Positions 1 to 13,174 of a stretch of DNA of 64,000 nucleotides are shown here, piece by piece. Origin of the DNA: Ramazzottius varieornatus (lineage: Eukaryota; Animalia; Tardigrada); contig BDGG01000002.1 in NCBI GenBank assembly GCA_001949185.1, positions 7,864,448 through 7,928,447 of the forward strand, written 5' to 3'. Position numbers and translations under genes: made by a program. The first letter of the stretch is position 1, and each line of letters opens with the position of its first letter. The notes under the pieces are model-generated. The model searched no databases. It saw only the letters and a list, made by a program, of their open reading frames with translations, and was not told the DNA's origin.

Positions 1-3000
1 AGTTTACGCTATCGATGATGAAACCATACTTGTCAAACGCTTCTCTTATGATGGACAGGTCCCAGGTATGCGAAAGCAAAATCAGCTCGTTAATCACTTC
101 TCAATAAGACAGAGCAAATAGTGTAATGAAAGAGTAAAGTGTTTGATGAAGAACCCTTTGACTTGATACTGTTATGCAGGAATTTAATGCGCGGCAGAGC
201 ACAAACTACTGTCATCCTTCCTTTTCCAGTCAGAACTAGATTTTCGTTTTCAAAAAGAATGAGGTTCAAAATCAGCAATATGAAGCAAATTTCGAACAGA
301 AAGAAGATAAAATCTGAAATTTTGGGCGTGGTTAATATGGGAATTTTGTGAATGAATGGAAGATCACAAAGGTTTGAGGTCGACGGATTTGCATGTTGTC
401 CGAAGGAAGGTTTTAATGTGATCCAAAGACCAGGAAGAATAACAGAGAGGAAAGCCTTGTTTTTCTTGGTGACTTATCCAATTGAGTAATTGCGTGATCT
501 CATAATCTCTGCTGGCGATTCGCAACGCTAGTCTGCTTGATGAAATTGCCCTTGCGATGAACAGAAGTGCTTTTTTGCCTAATCAACCGAATATCATCAT
601 TTAGATCAACACAATACCAAATCGTTATCCTTCTTACGTCAGATATAACAACTTTGATTGTGTTAGGGACTTGAACGTGAAATTGAAACATCATCAAGAT
701 TAACCGGAAGAGAGAAGTCGATCGATATTGAAAGATTTGTCGACCTGTCTTTGACACGGTGGCAAAACAAACTCTGGCTTTCTTTGTGAACTAAAAGTGT
801 GTTTTTATTTTTACAGACGCAAGCTTTTGTGTGGGGAACACGGAGCAAGTTCGGTGTAACCAGTTTCAAGGCGTTTTCCTCAACAACGACAAAGGCCAAC
901 GAGCTCCACTGACCCGATCAAACGGCCAGGATATCATCCTCAAGCTCAATTCCGGTGGAAACCTTCGAGCTTATCGCTGGCTGGCCCTCACTTCCCCATC
1001 CTCCCAAAATGTACAGATTGCTTCCTTCTTCCATAATTTACAACGACAAAATATTCAGTACAACCAACAGAAAATTTCTGCATGCAAACGTAACCATTCT
1101 ACCCAACGAATGGGAAGGTCAAACGTAAATCATGGTGCCGCTCTGTTGGGCACATGCTAGAGCTACCTCGATCTCTATTATATCCGCCCATATGGTCCGC
1201 ATGAAGAGCCCAAATCGCAATACTTGAAGAGAATCAGTTTATGCGAGGTTTCAAAATGATTGAGGGCGAGGAGCGTTCTTATCTTTCACGCGTTATTTGC
1301 CATTGTGATATGGCTAAATCGCCCAATCATAAAAGTGCGTAAAATACCTATCATAAAGTGCAGTCTATAATGTAACTCGATGATTACAGATCAATATCTC
1401 GAAAAATGGAAACCATAAAAGCGCATATTTGTAAAGGACTGTTATTTCTGTTAATGGCCTATTATAGAGTAATAATTTAGTTGATGGAACGTTAAGCTCT
1501 GACAGGATGAGTCTATTTGCAGGCCAACTTTGGCGATGTGATGTTTCCGCGTGATTTCTCCCCGCCAAAGCAAGTAATGCTGGGTCCGATGATGCCGCCA
1601 TCCTCAGGATATCTGGCCCAGAGTGTCCGTTCCGGCCCGGTGACGGTTATTAATGACAAACAAATACAAATTGGCAACTTGTATTATGATGGAGCGGCTG
1701 CAGGTATTTCACGAAAATATTCTCTTTATTTCGAAAAGTATTTCCCCTTACTTGAAAATGATCGGCAGCTCGGCAACTATTCTCCCAGGTGGTGCATGCT
1801 CTTAATTTTTCAGCTAAAAAATGCGCCACTTGGAAGCGATCTTACCGAGTTCGCCAGTGGCGCATGTTCTTAGTGCTGATGTCTGGAAGCGTGCGCCACT
1901 AGGAAAGAGGAACTTGCCGAGTACATTTGCCTTGGTCCCGTTTAAGACAATAACGTTAGTGATCATTCTATAGATAAAACAACTCGTAATTTTTTTCGGT
2001 TGACCAAATTTTTCTTCGTTATTTTCGAATATTTTTTGGGTGTTTGTTTAGATTTGTTTGTATAATTTTCGATGGCAATGGATACTTCACTTCACACAAT
2101 ACACCTTCATTATCATGTGGCACAATGGGTTCTAATTGGCTTTGCTTGTTCTGTTCAAACAGAGGCCTTCTTTTATGTCGGACAGGGACCTCAGCCGAAC
2201 GCTCAAGGCGCCATTATTCCATACGCCAACAGGTAATGAATATAGATATTCCGGTATTTCTTGGCTGGCGTGACCGGTTGTATTGAAAGATGGCGGCTAT
2301 TGTGGCCAGGCCATAATATTATTTGCCCGGGCCATTGAGTCAGTGGGTCAATTGACCGATGGCCGCACCAGCCATCATTGTGTTGACTTTCCCGCTCTCC
2401 ATGCGGTCCCCCTTTCCCCCACTACCTCCTTTCCACTAGCTTGCACTCCGCTGGTTGATTTGCTTTGAGAAAATAACCAGAGATGCGGAAAGTTTACAGT
2501 GCGGCTATTTTTGTGGTTTGGTGAGAGCCCACTGCCAAGAAGGAAAAGCATTCAACAAGAAATGAGAGAACATCCATATCAGCGCAGAGAAAATCGTAGA
2601 AAAGTTTCATAATTAGAGAGCTCGTATACGGTCAACGCCAATCAGTGGACTAGAGTAAACCATACAAGCAATACAATAGAGCCACATATGGAAGAGTGAA
2701 GACAGAGCATTGTCAACAGATGATTATTTTTTATGTTGTCTATTGAAACTAGGATGTTATGTTAGGCTCATCTGTAGGTCAGAATGGTTTCCGAATGTGA
2801 TGAGATATTTTCCAGAATTTTCAAAGGAGAGCAACTCGAAACCGCCTTTCGGTGAAGGGCGCACAGCGTGCGTCCAGTTTGATGAATGACTGCCGTCTTG
2901 TCAAATTGCCTTTTGTGCTGCTGTTTGTTAGAGGCGCATTCCGATCTTTCTATTTTCAGTTATGCCAAACTTCCGGTCATAAGTGGGCAGACCGTCACTT

Positions 3001-5515
3001 TGACCCTTCCCGGCAACTACAACATTCAAAACATCAACTGGCTGGCCATCTGGAGCCGCACGCAGAACACCAACCTGGGCTACGTCATGATACCCAGCGG
3101 ACTCAATGTCCCTCCAGCACTGGCTGGGATATCCGCTGGTACCTCCAACAGCCAGCCACCATCGGTTCGTTCACACCTGGAAATCTTTATGGATTCTTCC
3201 ATGAGTCTCGGCTCGAATGTCCAACCTGATATTATTTCCTCGAACTGTAGGCTAGTCTGATGGACCTTCCCAACTGCGAATCGTTCGCAAACAACTTGCT
3301 GCAAGTCCGATGGGGTCTTCAAGGCCAAGAGCTCCTGATACAAGTGCAAGCCAGACTAGGTACGAATGCTGATTGCAGCTCAAAATTAATCCAGAGTCAT
3401 TGTACACCTTGTCTTTTTTATTTTCGGTAGGGAATGGGGAGTACATGGCTTTCGGGTTCAGCGGTACACAAGACCGAATTTCCATGCTGGGCTCTGATGT
3501 CATCGTGATCTACTGGGATGCCGCGACAGACTCGGTGGCTGCTGAAGACTACACATTAGCTTCCCGTCAAGAAGTACGTCTGCTTGATTTGAATCTCCGT
3601 ATTAAGCTTCCCCCGAAATGAACCAATCGCGATGTGGGCAAATGATTGGAACCAGATTGTTTTCCAAAGTGGCGCATACTTCTGGCCAATAACATGGAGA
3701 TATGCGCCACTTGTGACAAAGATTTAACTCGGTTCCTATTTTGTTTCGGCATATGTTGTTACGATTTTTTTTACAGTGTATGGGAAACAGCGGTGTCTGT
3801 CCTGACGACGTTATTGGTGGCGGTGACAGTTTCCAACTCCTCAGCGGTTCCAAGTCGAACGACGTCGTCACTGCAGTCTACCGGAGACCCATCAACTCCG
3901 GCGACCGGCTGGACCTTGTCGTTAACCCCAACATCGAGACCTACGTCGTGTGGGCCATTGGTCCTCTCAACGAGCAGCAACAACCGCGCAAGCACTACGA
4001 AGGAGCAAGAGCGAGTCCGCAAGTGGGCGAACGGATAGTCTTTGGGAGGAATCCACCAGTGGACAGGTGCAGCAGTGAAGTGCGTCAGAGGAACTTGGTG
4101 GAGAGAAACCAGCCAGGATACCCAGGAGGGGCGAACGCTGGACAGGTGGAAGGACAGGCAAGTGGCTGGAGGCACCAGTGGATCATGGGGAATGAGACCA
4201 ATACGTTCGTACTGATACCTGGACCCGCAGGAGGTGTAAAAGGATACAGCGCGGTCACACGGAAGCCGAAACTTTCCGGGCTTGTGTGGTAAGACTTCCC
4301 AAGATTTTTTTTTCTGACTTTGTCATGGAATAGTACTGGTGGACATTGTGGCCATTAACCTCAACGTAGCAAAAAAACAATCTTTTTCCAAAGAAGGATT
4401 TAAATGGATGCTCTCTTGTCCCGACAAATTACTGGTAGTCCGTTTTCACCGAGAAAGGCTTGTGAGATCTTTCTCCGTATTGGACAAAATCGACCTTCGA
4501 ATGGCACAATGGCTTGTTTTTTTCCAGGTATGTGAACGGAAAGCTCGCACCGGAACTTGTCCTACAGAGAGGCCAGCCTTACCGGTTCATCGTTTACGGT
4601 GGTATGAATTTTCAAGACAGTTCCAAATATCATCCACTGTGAGTATTCACGCTTTAGCGAAATTCATGGCTGTGGAATGTTTTGTGATTCTATGTGGCTA
4701 CTTTGTTAATAGTTACATCACGACCGACAGTACTGGAGGACTCGCAAGCAAACTTCCGGCCGAACAAGTTGCTGAAGAACGCGGCATATTAGCGGGAGCG
4801 GTTAGAGCACCGAATGGAGCTGGCTTCATCCCAACTGCCCGTAAGTCTGGACATTTGACTCTGCTTTTCATCGGAGAGATTGAGCGTTTCTATTTTCAGT
4901 CGGTCCTTACTGCGCCTTTGTGCAAGGCGGCGCGGCGAACCCGGATAGCTTCCGGTCGTTCGAAGAATTCAACAGAACATTGGCGCTTCAATGTGATGAC
5001 GCCCCACCAAGAACTCTTCCTTTGGTCAACGCTCCGTCCAGCGTACTTGACTGGATACCGTCCGCGCAGGATCCACCTGTTGCCTACTACCAGTGCTTTA
5101 TTCACAAGTAATTTTCAGAGGCTGGCAAACGAAACATTAAAGATCGTCATGTTAAGTGGCGCACTCTTCTAGCCAGTAAGAGCGAGAACGTGCGCCACTT
5201 CAGATCGGTCGTTCAGTTCAAGTTACTCCCGGCGCTATAATATTCCGACATCATGAATCCATGATTGACTTTTCCAGGGATATGGGTTGGAGGATAAAGC
5301 TCGTCAATGATTACCGAGAATTCGTCCCATCGCAGTATTCCAGCGCGCAGTTCACGCAAGGACCCATAGGACCAAACAACGCGAACGGCAACACTGTACT
5401 TCGTCCAGCAGGCATTTACACCACGAGCAATAGAAACAACGGTGCACATTCCGTCACAATACATTTCCTAGCGCCTCTTTTCCTGGTTTTTACTGCCTTT
5501 CTTTTGAAATGTTAG
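1..5515 (+). CDS. Knickkopf/Skeletor-family protein (DM13-DM13-DOMON plus C-terminal domain, probable GPI signal); 5' end outside the window, multi-exon
   Basis: Spliced exons give VYAIDDETILVKRFSYDGQVP (1-65), exon 817-1010, ANFGDVMFP..GNLYYDG (1523-1704), AFFYVGQGPQP, INWLAIWSRTQNTNLGYV (DM13), YMAFGFSG..MLGSDV (DOMON), ELVLQRGQPYRFIVYGG, YYQCFIHKDMGWRIKLV, and a hydrophobic tail HFLAPLFLVFTAFLLKC ending at the stop at 5515. Confidence 0.85.
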
Positions 5516-5700
5516 CCAAAGCTTTCGGATTCTTTTTTGAACCGGTCTTCCAGAAGGGCTTTGACTCTGGATCAGTTTCACAGTTTTATCATGTACAGAA
5601 TTCTAAAATGTAGGAAACATTCCTTATTTAATAGAGCGTTTCTCACGTGAAAGACCAGAACTCCAATAAAACTCAGCAGAAGAAGAATGAAGTTTTTTTT

Positions 5701-7038
5701 TTACCAAGGCCAGCATGGATCGGCACAGTACCGAATGTACGTATCCATCGTACCCGATTTGACATGCATCAATGTTGTATACGCTGTTAGCTTGTTCAGT
5801 ACCGGTTTCGTGTTGAGAACGTCAAACAATCCAGCGAAGGTTGCATTTCCTTGACCGATAACATTCATACACCTAGGAAGGGAAACAACCCCGTCAACTA
5901 CCGTCACTTCGGGTGCGTGAGTTTAATGGGGGCGTAATTAGAACTCAATCATTCTTACTTGGTTGCGGGCGTCCGCCGATCGTCGATAAATAACGGAGCT
6001 TTCCATCGGTCGTAGTTCGTTTCTAGGACGAACCATGTGCCATTTGTCACATTAAGGTTGTTGTAGTCCAGAGTCCGATCGAGAGATCGCGTGATGGTCA
6101 CACCTTCCCCACTTTTCGTTCCGCCTAAAAAGAACAGAAAATACGTGGGGAAAAATGGCAAATGCAACCTGCTCCAGCTCACTCACAGCTTAAAAATTAC
6201 CCAAAATGAAATAAATTGGCCCGATAAGTTCTTTCGTCGACAGGATATTTTTTGCGTCCTCAAACGTATCCACAGTCTCGAAAACCTTTCTGGTCAAGAA
6301 TCCCATCCAGTTGCCCGTCCTCGTTCCTAGTATCCACTTGATCGCCCCCGCGATACCCGAGCCTTTCAACGTGAACCTCTCGTTCACCGTCAACGAATAT
6401 TTCTGAGGCTTCAAGCCCGTAATCACTCCGATGTACCCAGCAAAATTCACCGCTTTGAACACCGTCTTGTTTTCCCTGACGAATTCCCCATTAAATATCA
6501 ACGGCCTCAGCTTCTCTGTCAACAGCCACGTGTCGTTCTTAAAATCCCATCCGAGTAACAGGCCGAAATCGAGATTCCTCGCGTGGAATATCTCGCCATG
6601 TTTGTCTTCTGCAATGATAGACGTACAGAAAGCGTCGAACTCGTAGAATAAATTATATAGAAATATTTCGCCGAGAGGGATGTCGGCTGCTTGGGAAATG
6701 GCCGTCATTTCCGCCACGGCTGTCTCGGGTAAGCCACCCATCAGCTTCGGGAGGTCTTTGTCGATGATGCGGATGAGGATGCCACCTGCGAAGCCCCGGA
6801 CGAGTCCTTTGATCACGTCGATGAGTTCTTTGATGCCTCGGGCTTTGTCGCGGGCTAGCTGGACCCAGCGTCGTTCGGGAGGCAGGTCGAGGTTGATGGT
6901 GTAGGTGGGAATGACGGTTTGCGCTGGTCCGTCGGTGGGTGGATACAGACCCTGTTGGCAGTCTTGGGTGTAGGGAGGGAACTGGCAATGGGTGAGGAGG
7001 AGGACCGAGAACAAGGTTAGAACTGCAAGAGAATCCAT
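5701..7038 (-). CDS. ASAH1: Acid ceramidase (Ntn hydrolase), 3 exons (~7038-6201, 6124-5959, 5872-5701)
   Basis: Signal peptide; INLDLPPERRW; catalytic Cys in FCTSIIA; HARNLDFG; ETNYDRWK; KPVLNKLTAYTTLM; C-terminal CADPCWPW. GT-AG introns join the ORFs in frame. Confidence 0.93.
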
Positions 7039-8201
7039 GATGAAGATACAGGGATAGACAAAACCACAACAAAATAATTTATATCAGCGTTGGAACTTGG
7101 GACTTGGAACTTGGAATCTGGAAGGGTGATTGTACTAATGGCACTGGTTCGACAGCGATTGGCAGTTGAGTGACCACCTGCCCTGTCACTTCCTACAGCC
7201 AGGTGCTGGTCTGAAGATTCCACTGCGCACAGTGCGCAGCCACCTATGGTTCACTCACAGTGTAGTGTTGCAAACTTCGTGTCTGTCTGAGTATGGTGAG
7301 CCAAAACGCGCAATAACTGCGACGTCAGGCCATAAAAATGGCGTGGCGATGACTCGTGAGCTAGAAACCATCGTATCGAATCTGAGAACGTTGCTTTTTT
7401 CAGACTGCGGGACAGGACGAACACTGAATCCATCGACGTGTGATACTGTTCTGTCTCGGACCAGAAGCTACCTGGGTGGTAGATTGACTGATCTGGGGGT
7501 TTAGCCGAATACATTGTAATCATGCGTTACGTCAGTGTTAAAATTAGCCCCCATTGCGTCTGGACGAAGTCAATCAAGGACTCGATCATGCGTTTTGCTC
7601 TCCAGCAACACAAAGTCTAGCAGCACAGCTAGTGCTGGCAACGATACGGTATGCTGATATCGTATCGAAATATATCGAATCTTTGCGATAAAGTATGCAG
7701 CACATATCGTATCGAAAATACCGATGTGAAGCTCATATCGTATAACGCAATAAAATATTCGACGATATGGTTTCGCGCCATATCGATATATTATCGATAT
7801 ATCGGTATTCTGCTGAATGGCAAACTCGCCAGTGATATCTCGTTCACGGAAGACCATCGGTTGATTTCGGCAGCTTGATTTTGGCCATGGTGTACCGAGC
7901 ACACTCCGCCCATTCGGTTCTGGTACTTATTCTGTCCAGGTTTCCATGTGTTTGAAGTCTTGGTATACGAGTGTCATTGCTGCATCCAACGCTCTCGATC
8001 TTACTACTACTTTATGTGGAAATCGGCTTCTTGAGTTTCTGGCTTGAACCAGTGGAGTTCCGAAAAACTAAAATTCCAGAATTATCGATATATCGCTGCG
8101 ATATGATACGATGTATCGAAAATGCGGTATCGGAATAATATCGAGTCGAAATACAGATATCGAATGAGTATCGAAAACCACAGTAAAATATCCGCCGATA
8201 T

Positions 8202-11200
8202 TAATGATGAGCATTACACTTTACATTACATTACATTTTACATTACATTTACACTTTTACATTACATTACAATCTTCGGAAAGTTGTAGTGTAAAATACA
8301 ACTGTAAAAGTGTAATTACACTTGGAATTACACGCGAGTATAAAACCGAAATATCCGTTCAAATCGCCATTAACTGATTAAAAGCCGTGTTAATTGAACA
8401 CGGGTTGAGGGAAACCATTGATTGAGTGATTGTCGATCTGAGAGAAGCTTTACATCAGTGGACATGATGACACAGTCTGGTTTACACTGCCGCAGTACGA
8501 AATATACGCAGCTGCTTTCGGCCTTATCATTCTTACTCCGTTCAATCTAATCTGACACTAGCGTACTTTGAGCTTGACTACGAACCTCTGTTTGCATACA
8601 CGATGTCTGAAAGCGAGGAGAGCGACGAGGAGACCGATGAACAGCAAGACACAAAACGTAAGTGGACTTTTATGTGGTCGACATAGGGATTCTATTCACT
8701 GTGTTCGAATGATTGATTGCTGATTGATCGATAGGTGGCACAAAGGTTAGTCGTCTTGACCTGTGGACCGAGTTCGAAAGAAGTACTGAATACTGGCCGA
8801 AGTCCAAGCACCGCAAAGCAACCTGTAAGCACTGTGTAGAGGCTGGTGTGAAAGTGGTCAAGCCGATTCGAGGTGACAGGCCGAGATTGCTGCAACATCT
8901 CAAAACCTGCGCGAATGTCCCGCGAGTCGTTCGAGAAAGACATTTCCCAAAGAATGATGAGTCGAAGAAGCGAAAGTCAGCCACTGATACACTGGCCGAC
9001 GACGCCAATAAGCGCACTAAAAGTCAAGCAAGCCTACGGACCTTCCTTGATCGACCATTAACTTTTTCTGAGCAGCAGCAATTCGAAGAATTGTACGGCG
9101 ATGCCTGTGTGAGCTGCAACATACCATTCGCCGCGTCCGAAGATACTCGCATGGTCCGTCTCCTTAAGTTCCTTCGTCCCCAGCTGGTTATTCCGAGTCG
9201 TTTCACCGTGGCGCGTCGCATTGTACCAGCTCGAATCAAAGAAGCAACGGCGGAAGTATCTAGTAAGCTGATCGGTCAGAAGTATCTCACCATGACTTTC
9301 GATGGTTACAAGAATGTTAGCCGGGATAAAGTGCTGGGTAAGTATTGCCACTAAAATTTATTTATCAAGCTGTTAATCACTCATATGACGTACTATATAC
9401 AGGTTTTCTTGTCACTGTTCGGAATGAGAACGGCACGGAGAACTTTACACTGGGCTCCGCTATTGACATCACAGGCACGAACTACGACGGCGAGTACGTC
9501 ATGAGAGAAACCTTGCAGAAACTTACTGAGGTGAAGAAGGACTACAAGGCTGATGTACGATTCGTGACCTGTGATTCTGACGGAGCTCATCGGAAAGCTC
9601 GAAGACTTCTCTCGCAGAAACTCCCGCACATCATTTTCCTTCCATGCAGCGCACATCAGATCAACCTAGTCATCCAAGACGTAGCCAAATTCGTACCCAG
9701 GTTTAAAGAAACTCTTCGACAAAACGATTGTATCACGACCTGGTTCCGTAAGAGCAGCCTGTCGCAAGGAAAGCTGGAAGCAGTTCAGCTGGAGTACTAC
9801 TCGAAAGTGATATCGATGACCAGTTGGACTCCTACTCGTTGGTATTCCGTTTACTTGAGTGTGCAGCGAGTCTTAGACTCAAAGAGTGCCTTGCAGGTAA
9901 CGTTTCGATACACTTCATCATTCAAACGGTAGATTAAGTGCGGGCGTCTTCGGTCAAGAATCAGAAATCTTTACTCAAAAAAAAGATTTGTTAACATGCA
10001 GCGTATTAGTTCTGTTAACATTCGTGCCTTTGTTTATTTGTTGCAGATGTATGGCGTCAAGTACAGCGCGAATTTGGGTCTGGTACCATTCAACTTAAAA
10101 GTGATCCTCGATGACGACGAGTTCTGGCTTGGCGCAAAAGAGATTGCTGCAGTACTTAGGCCGCTGGTCAGCGCACAAGCAAAGGCAGAATCAGACAATT
10201 GCACGATTGCTGACATCGGCTCAGCCATACGCGATATCTACTGTGGGTTTTCGCTGTTGAAAGATCGTGACGTTTCTTGGACTTTAGTTTCTCAACTGGA
10301 AAAGCGGTGGAAAAGCTTCTACCCAACCGACGTATTCGCTGTAGCAATGTTCCTCGACCCCAAACTAAAGCTCGATATGTTCCGTCGTGACCCTAACAAA
10401 GTTCATAGTGGAGTGATTTACACGTGGACCAGCGACCTTTACCGACAGTTCTTCCAAAAAGATCCGACTTCCTTGCTGACTTCTGCAATCCGTTACACTG
10501 CGAATCAGGGTGTCTTCGACTTGAAGTACACTAGCCAGCTGAGTAACCCTTTCGATTACTGGACTTATGCCGAGGCCGAGCATTCAGAACTGGCTCAGCT
10601 GGCTAAGTTCCTTCTTTCAGCTTGCCCGCACGCCGCTTCAGTTGAACGTTTCTGGAAGAAAATGAACGATGTCCATACGGCAAGCAGAAACAGATTGGGA
10701 CTTAATCTGGTTAGTGGTATGTGCACGCTGAAAATGAAATTCTGTCGTGAAAATGAGGAGCTCTCAAGAAAACGTAAGAGAGAAAAGGACGAGAAGAAAG
10801 CAAAGATGACCGGAAATGTTTCAGATGAGCCTGTTGTTGTTGTAACAGTGGACGAAGAGACAGTACCAGTGAAACTTGATCAAGGTAAACAATTCACTTA
10901 CATTATGATATGATTTTCAATTTACTTCGACATTACTATTTTGACATCGGTACTTTAGAATATTACTTTTCCAGGTGGCGGTGAAACCGATCTAATGGAG
11001 CTGGAAAGTCAAATGGCAATCCTTGATGATTTGTTCGGTCAAGACGACAATGACATGCCAAGCAGTGAGGAGCTCGAAGATGACGTGTCTCTGACCGGAA
11101 AGTTTTTCACCTTAGCAGATTTATTTGTTGTCAAGTAGTTGTTTGAACCAGTGAAGATTGAAGATTGTGTTAATAGGTTTACTGTATACGAGAGATTACG

Positions 11201-11400
11201 TTTCTTTCCACATCTGTAGCGGCTTTGATTTAGCTAACTTGGAGGGGTCATTTGATAGTTTACACTTGGTTTACAGGTTCCGTTCTTTCGGGGTTGTAAA
11301 ATGTGAACAAGTGTAAAATGTAATTACACTTTTTGTAATTACACTGTTTTACATTACATTTTACATTACACGAGCCGTCAGCTTGTAATGCTCATCATTA
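8202..11400 (+). mobile_element. Full-length, apparently autonomous hAT DNA transposon (3199 bp)
   Basis: Perfect 17-bp TIRs TAATGATGAGCATTACA (8202-8218) / TGTAATGCTCATCATTA (11384-11400); perfect 8-bp TSD GCCGATAT (8194-8201, 11401-11408); subterminal TTACA(T/C) arrays at ~8214-8330 and ~11310-11370. Confidence 0.95.
8603..11138 (+). CDS. hAT transposase, 5 exons (8603-8657, 8735-9337, 9403-9896, 10047-10884, 10975-11138), 717 aa
   Basis: BED-like finger (LWTEF..ATCKHC..LLQHLKTC), catalytic D in TFDGY, D in TCDSD, CSAH motif, TRWYS, LDPK, E in ASVERFW (dimerisation region). All introns are GT-AG and phase-compatible, with no internal stop. Confidence 0.92.
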
Positions 11401-11776
11401 GCCGATATTGTATCGAAAAATATCGTATCGAATTTCATCGTATTTTTGCCAGCACTAAGCACATCAGTGTTCACCCAGTAAATTGACCAAATTCATTAAT
11501 TTTCCAGACTTTCTTTTTTTCCTTCAGTGATGACTGATGAGCGATTCAGTCTTTCGTCCGGGAATCATCCTTGTTCTTGAGTCGGGCAGCTTCGGTTGTT
11601 TGCAAGCATTCCAGTGCGTCTTCGAAGACCAGCTATCTGGGAATCCTTTTGCTCGCATGTGCGGAAGTTAACAGGGTAAGCACGAGTACAGTAGTACCGT
11701 AGAATTAGTTTTGAATGACATTTCTAAATTCTGGTTTCCCAGATTGGACAGAAATACACCATTAATAGCGCTGGCT

Positions 11777-13174
11777 ATGCCGCTCGGAAGAAAGTCTCTG
11801 GGTGACTACGCAAGGATGACCGAAAAAGAGTCTACGTCGTCCAGCACCACACAAGATCGAGGTGATCGTCGCCTGAATGACTCTCCTGGCAAATACAATC
11901 GCCTCTACCCCGAACTGGACGACGAAAACTTTGACGAGGATTCTCACTTCAAGTATAGCAGCTCTCTCTATCCACCTGTTCCAAAGAGCGACGTCGAATC
12001 ATTTAATTATTCTTTTTCTAACCCTTCTCCTTCCCCTATCCCCAGCAGGCAAGATAACCAGTACGAAGAAGGCGACTACGAATTACAGGACATTCGTCGA
12101 GCAGGCTCGTCCTCCGCTTCCCCCAAAGCTCCCCCACGACAACGTAAAGGCAATGTGAGCTCCCGAGAGGATCGAGAAATGGAAGAGCAGATCATCAGAC
12201 AGAATCGGCTGAACGAGAAGCGAGAAAAGCAAGCCGGAGGAAATTTTACAAGCACCGACAGCGCCAGCCAATTTGACAGGTCCACTCAGCCACGTCAGAC
12301 TGGTCAGGCACCGGCCTCCAGTTTGACCAACACTGTGGGCGTGTTGGTTTTGGGTTTGATTGGTCTATTGACCGCCTTTTACTTGGCGCGGTATTACATG
12401 ACGCCTGTGTCGAATGATCAGTTGAAACTGCGCGACTTCCAAAACAAGTTCAACATTCTTAGTGAAGATTTCAGTAAAGAGGTGCACGATGATAGTATGG
12501 AGAGACTGTACGGAGCGTTGGAGCATCACGTGCAGAATACTCTATCCCGGAAACAAGACAAGGGGAACAACTACCCAACGTGCATCCTGCTGGCTGCCGA
12601 CGCACACAACAAGAAGACTCTCGACTGCCTCGCCGATCGAATTGCCCAGCTCGTGCCTCCGAAACAACAAGGTAAAGCTACGGACAAGAACATCTACGTG
12701 GTCGATCTTTCAGACAAGAAAGTCAACCACAAGAATCCCGATGAAGAAGACTTGCGCAGTCGTGTCCATCATGGCATCAATCAAGGCTTGAATGAAGGGG
12801 CCAATGTCATCGTCTTCAAACACATCGAGGTACTGGTTCCTTCTGACATTCCCCTGCTCGAGCTCTTTTATAGCTACTGTGATGGGGACAACCCCACCTT
12901 CCCGAAGACTCTATGGGTGCTGACGTTGGCTACCAAGAACCTGCAAGCGTTGCAAGAGGCGGAGATCACAAGGGACAAGGAAGTGGCCAAGGCGCTGAGG
13001 CTGAATGTGGAGAAGTACCTGGAGAACATCATCGAGAGCCGACCGGGTAACGCACACGAACAGCCGGGATATGTTGAGAAGCACGCAAGAAATGCTCTCT
13101 TGACTAGAATAGCCAATTATATTGTACCTGTTTTGAAAACCTCGAGAACTGGCCACTGTTCGGTTCTTGCCTGA
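11777..13174 (+). CDS. Torsin-1A-interacting protein (LAP1/LULL1-like), single-exon CDS, 465 aa; probable 5'UTR intron 11677-11742
   Basis: Low-complexity N-terminus, one TM segment (VGVLVLGLIGLLTAFYLA), luminal AAA-like domain with FYSYCDGDNPTF and the C-terminal arginine-finger motif LLTRIANYIVPV (compare LWSRISHLVLPV). Confidence 0.8.
   Translation: MPLGRKSLGDYARMTEKESTSSSTTQDRGDRRLNDSPGKYNRLYPELDDENFDEDSHFKYSSSLYPPVPKSDVESFNYSFSNPSPSPIPSRQDNQYEEGDYELQDIRRAGSSSASPKAPPRQRKGNVSSREDREMEEQIIRQNRLNEKREKQAGGNFTSTDSASQFDRSTQPRQTGQAPASSLTNTVGVLVLGLIGLLTAFYLARYYMTPVSNDQLKLRDFQNKFNILSEDFSKEVHDDSMERLYGALEHHVQNTLSRKQDKGNNYPTCILLAADAHNKKTLDCLADRIAQLVPPKQQGKATDKNIYVVDLSDKKVNHKNPDEEDLRSRVHHGINQGLNEGANVIVFKHIEVLVPSDIPLLELFYSYCDGDNPTFPKTLWVLTLATKNLQALQEAEITRDKEVAKALRLNVEKYLENIIESRPGNAHEQPGYVEKHARNALLTRIANYIVPVLKTSRTGHCSVLA

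Larger units (their letters stand above)
7630..11457. mobile_element. Non-autonomous hAT-type MITE (~620 bp without its insert), interrupted by a younger hAT element
   Basis: 12-bp TIRs TAGTGCTGGCAA (7630-7641) and TTGCCAGCACTA (11446-11457); 8-bp TSD AGCACAGC (7622-7629) / AGCACATC (11458-11465), 7/8 match; subterminal TATCGA(A/T) repeats at both ends. Confidence 0.85.

Noticed and set aside
4339-5172. 277-aa ORF as a separate gene
   Set aside because: Read-through of knk-like introns and exons; only part of it is in the true frame.
7090-7123. (TTGGAAC)-like 7-bp tandem repeat upstream of ASAH1
   Set aside because: Short, imperfect microsatellite with no supportable function.
8214-8275. 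TTACA arrays as a telomere-like repeat
   Set aside because: Mirrored at the other end of the hAT element; explained as subterminal transposase-binding repeats.
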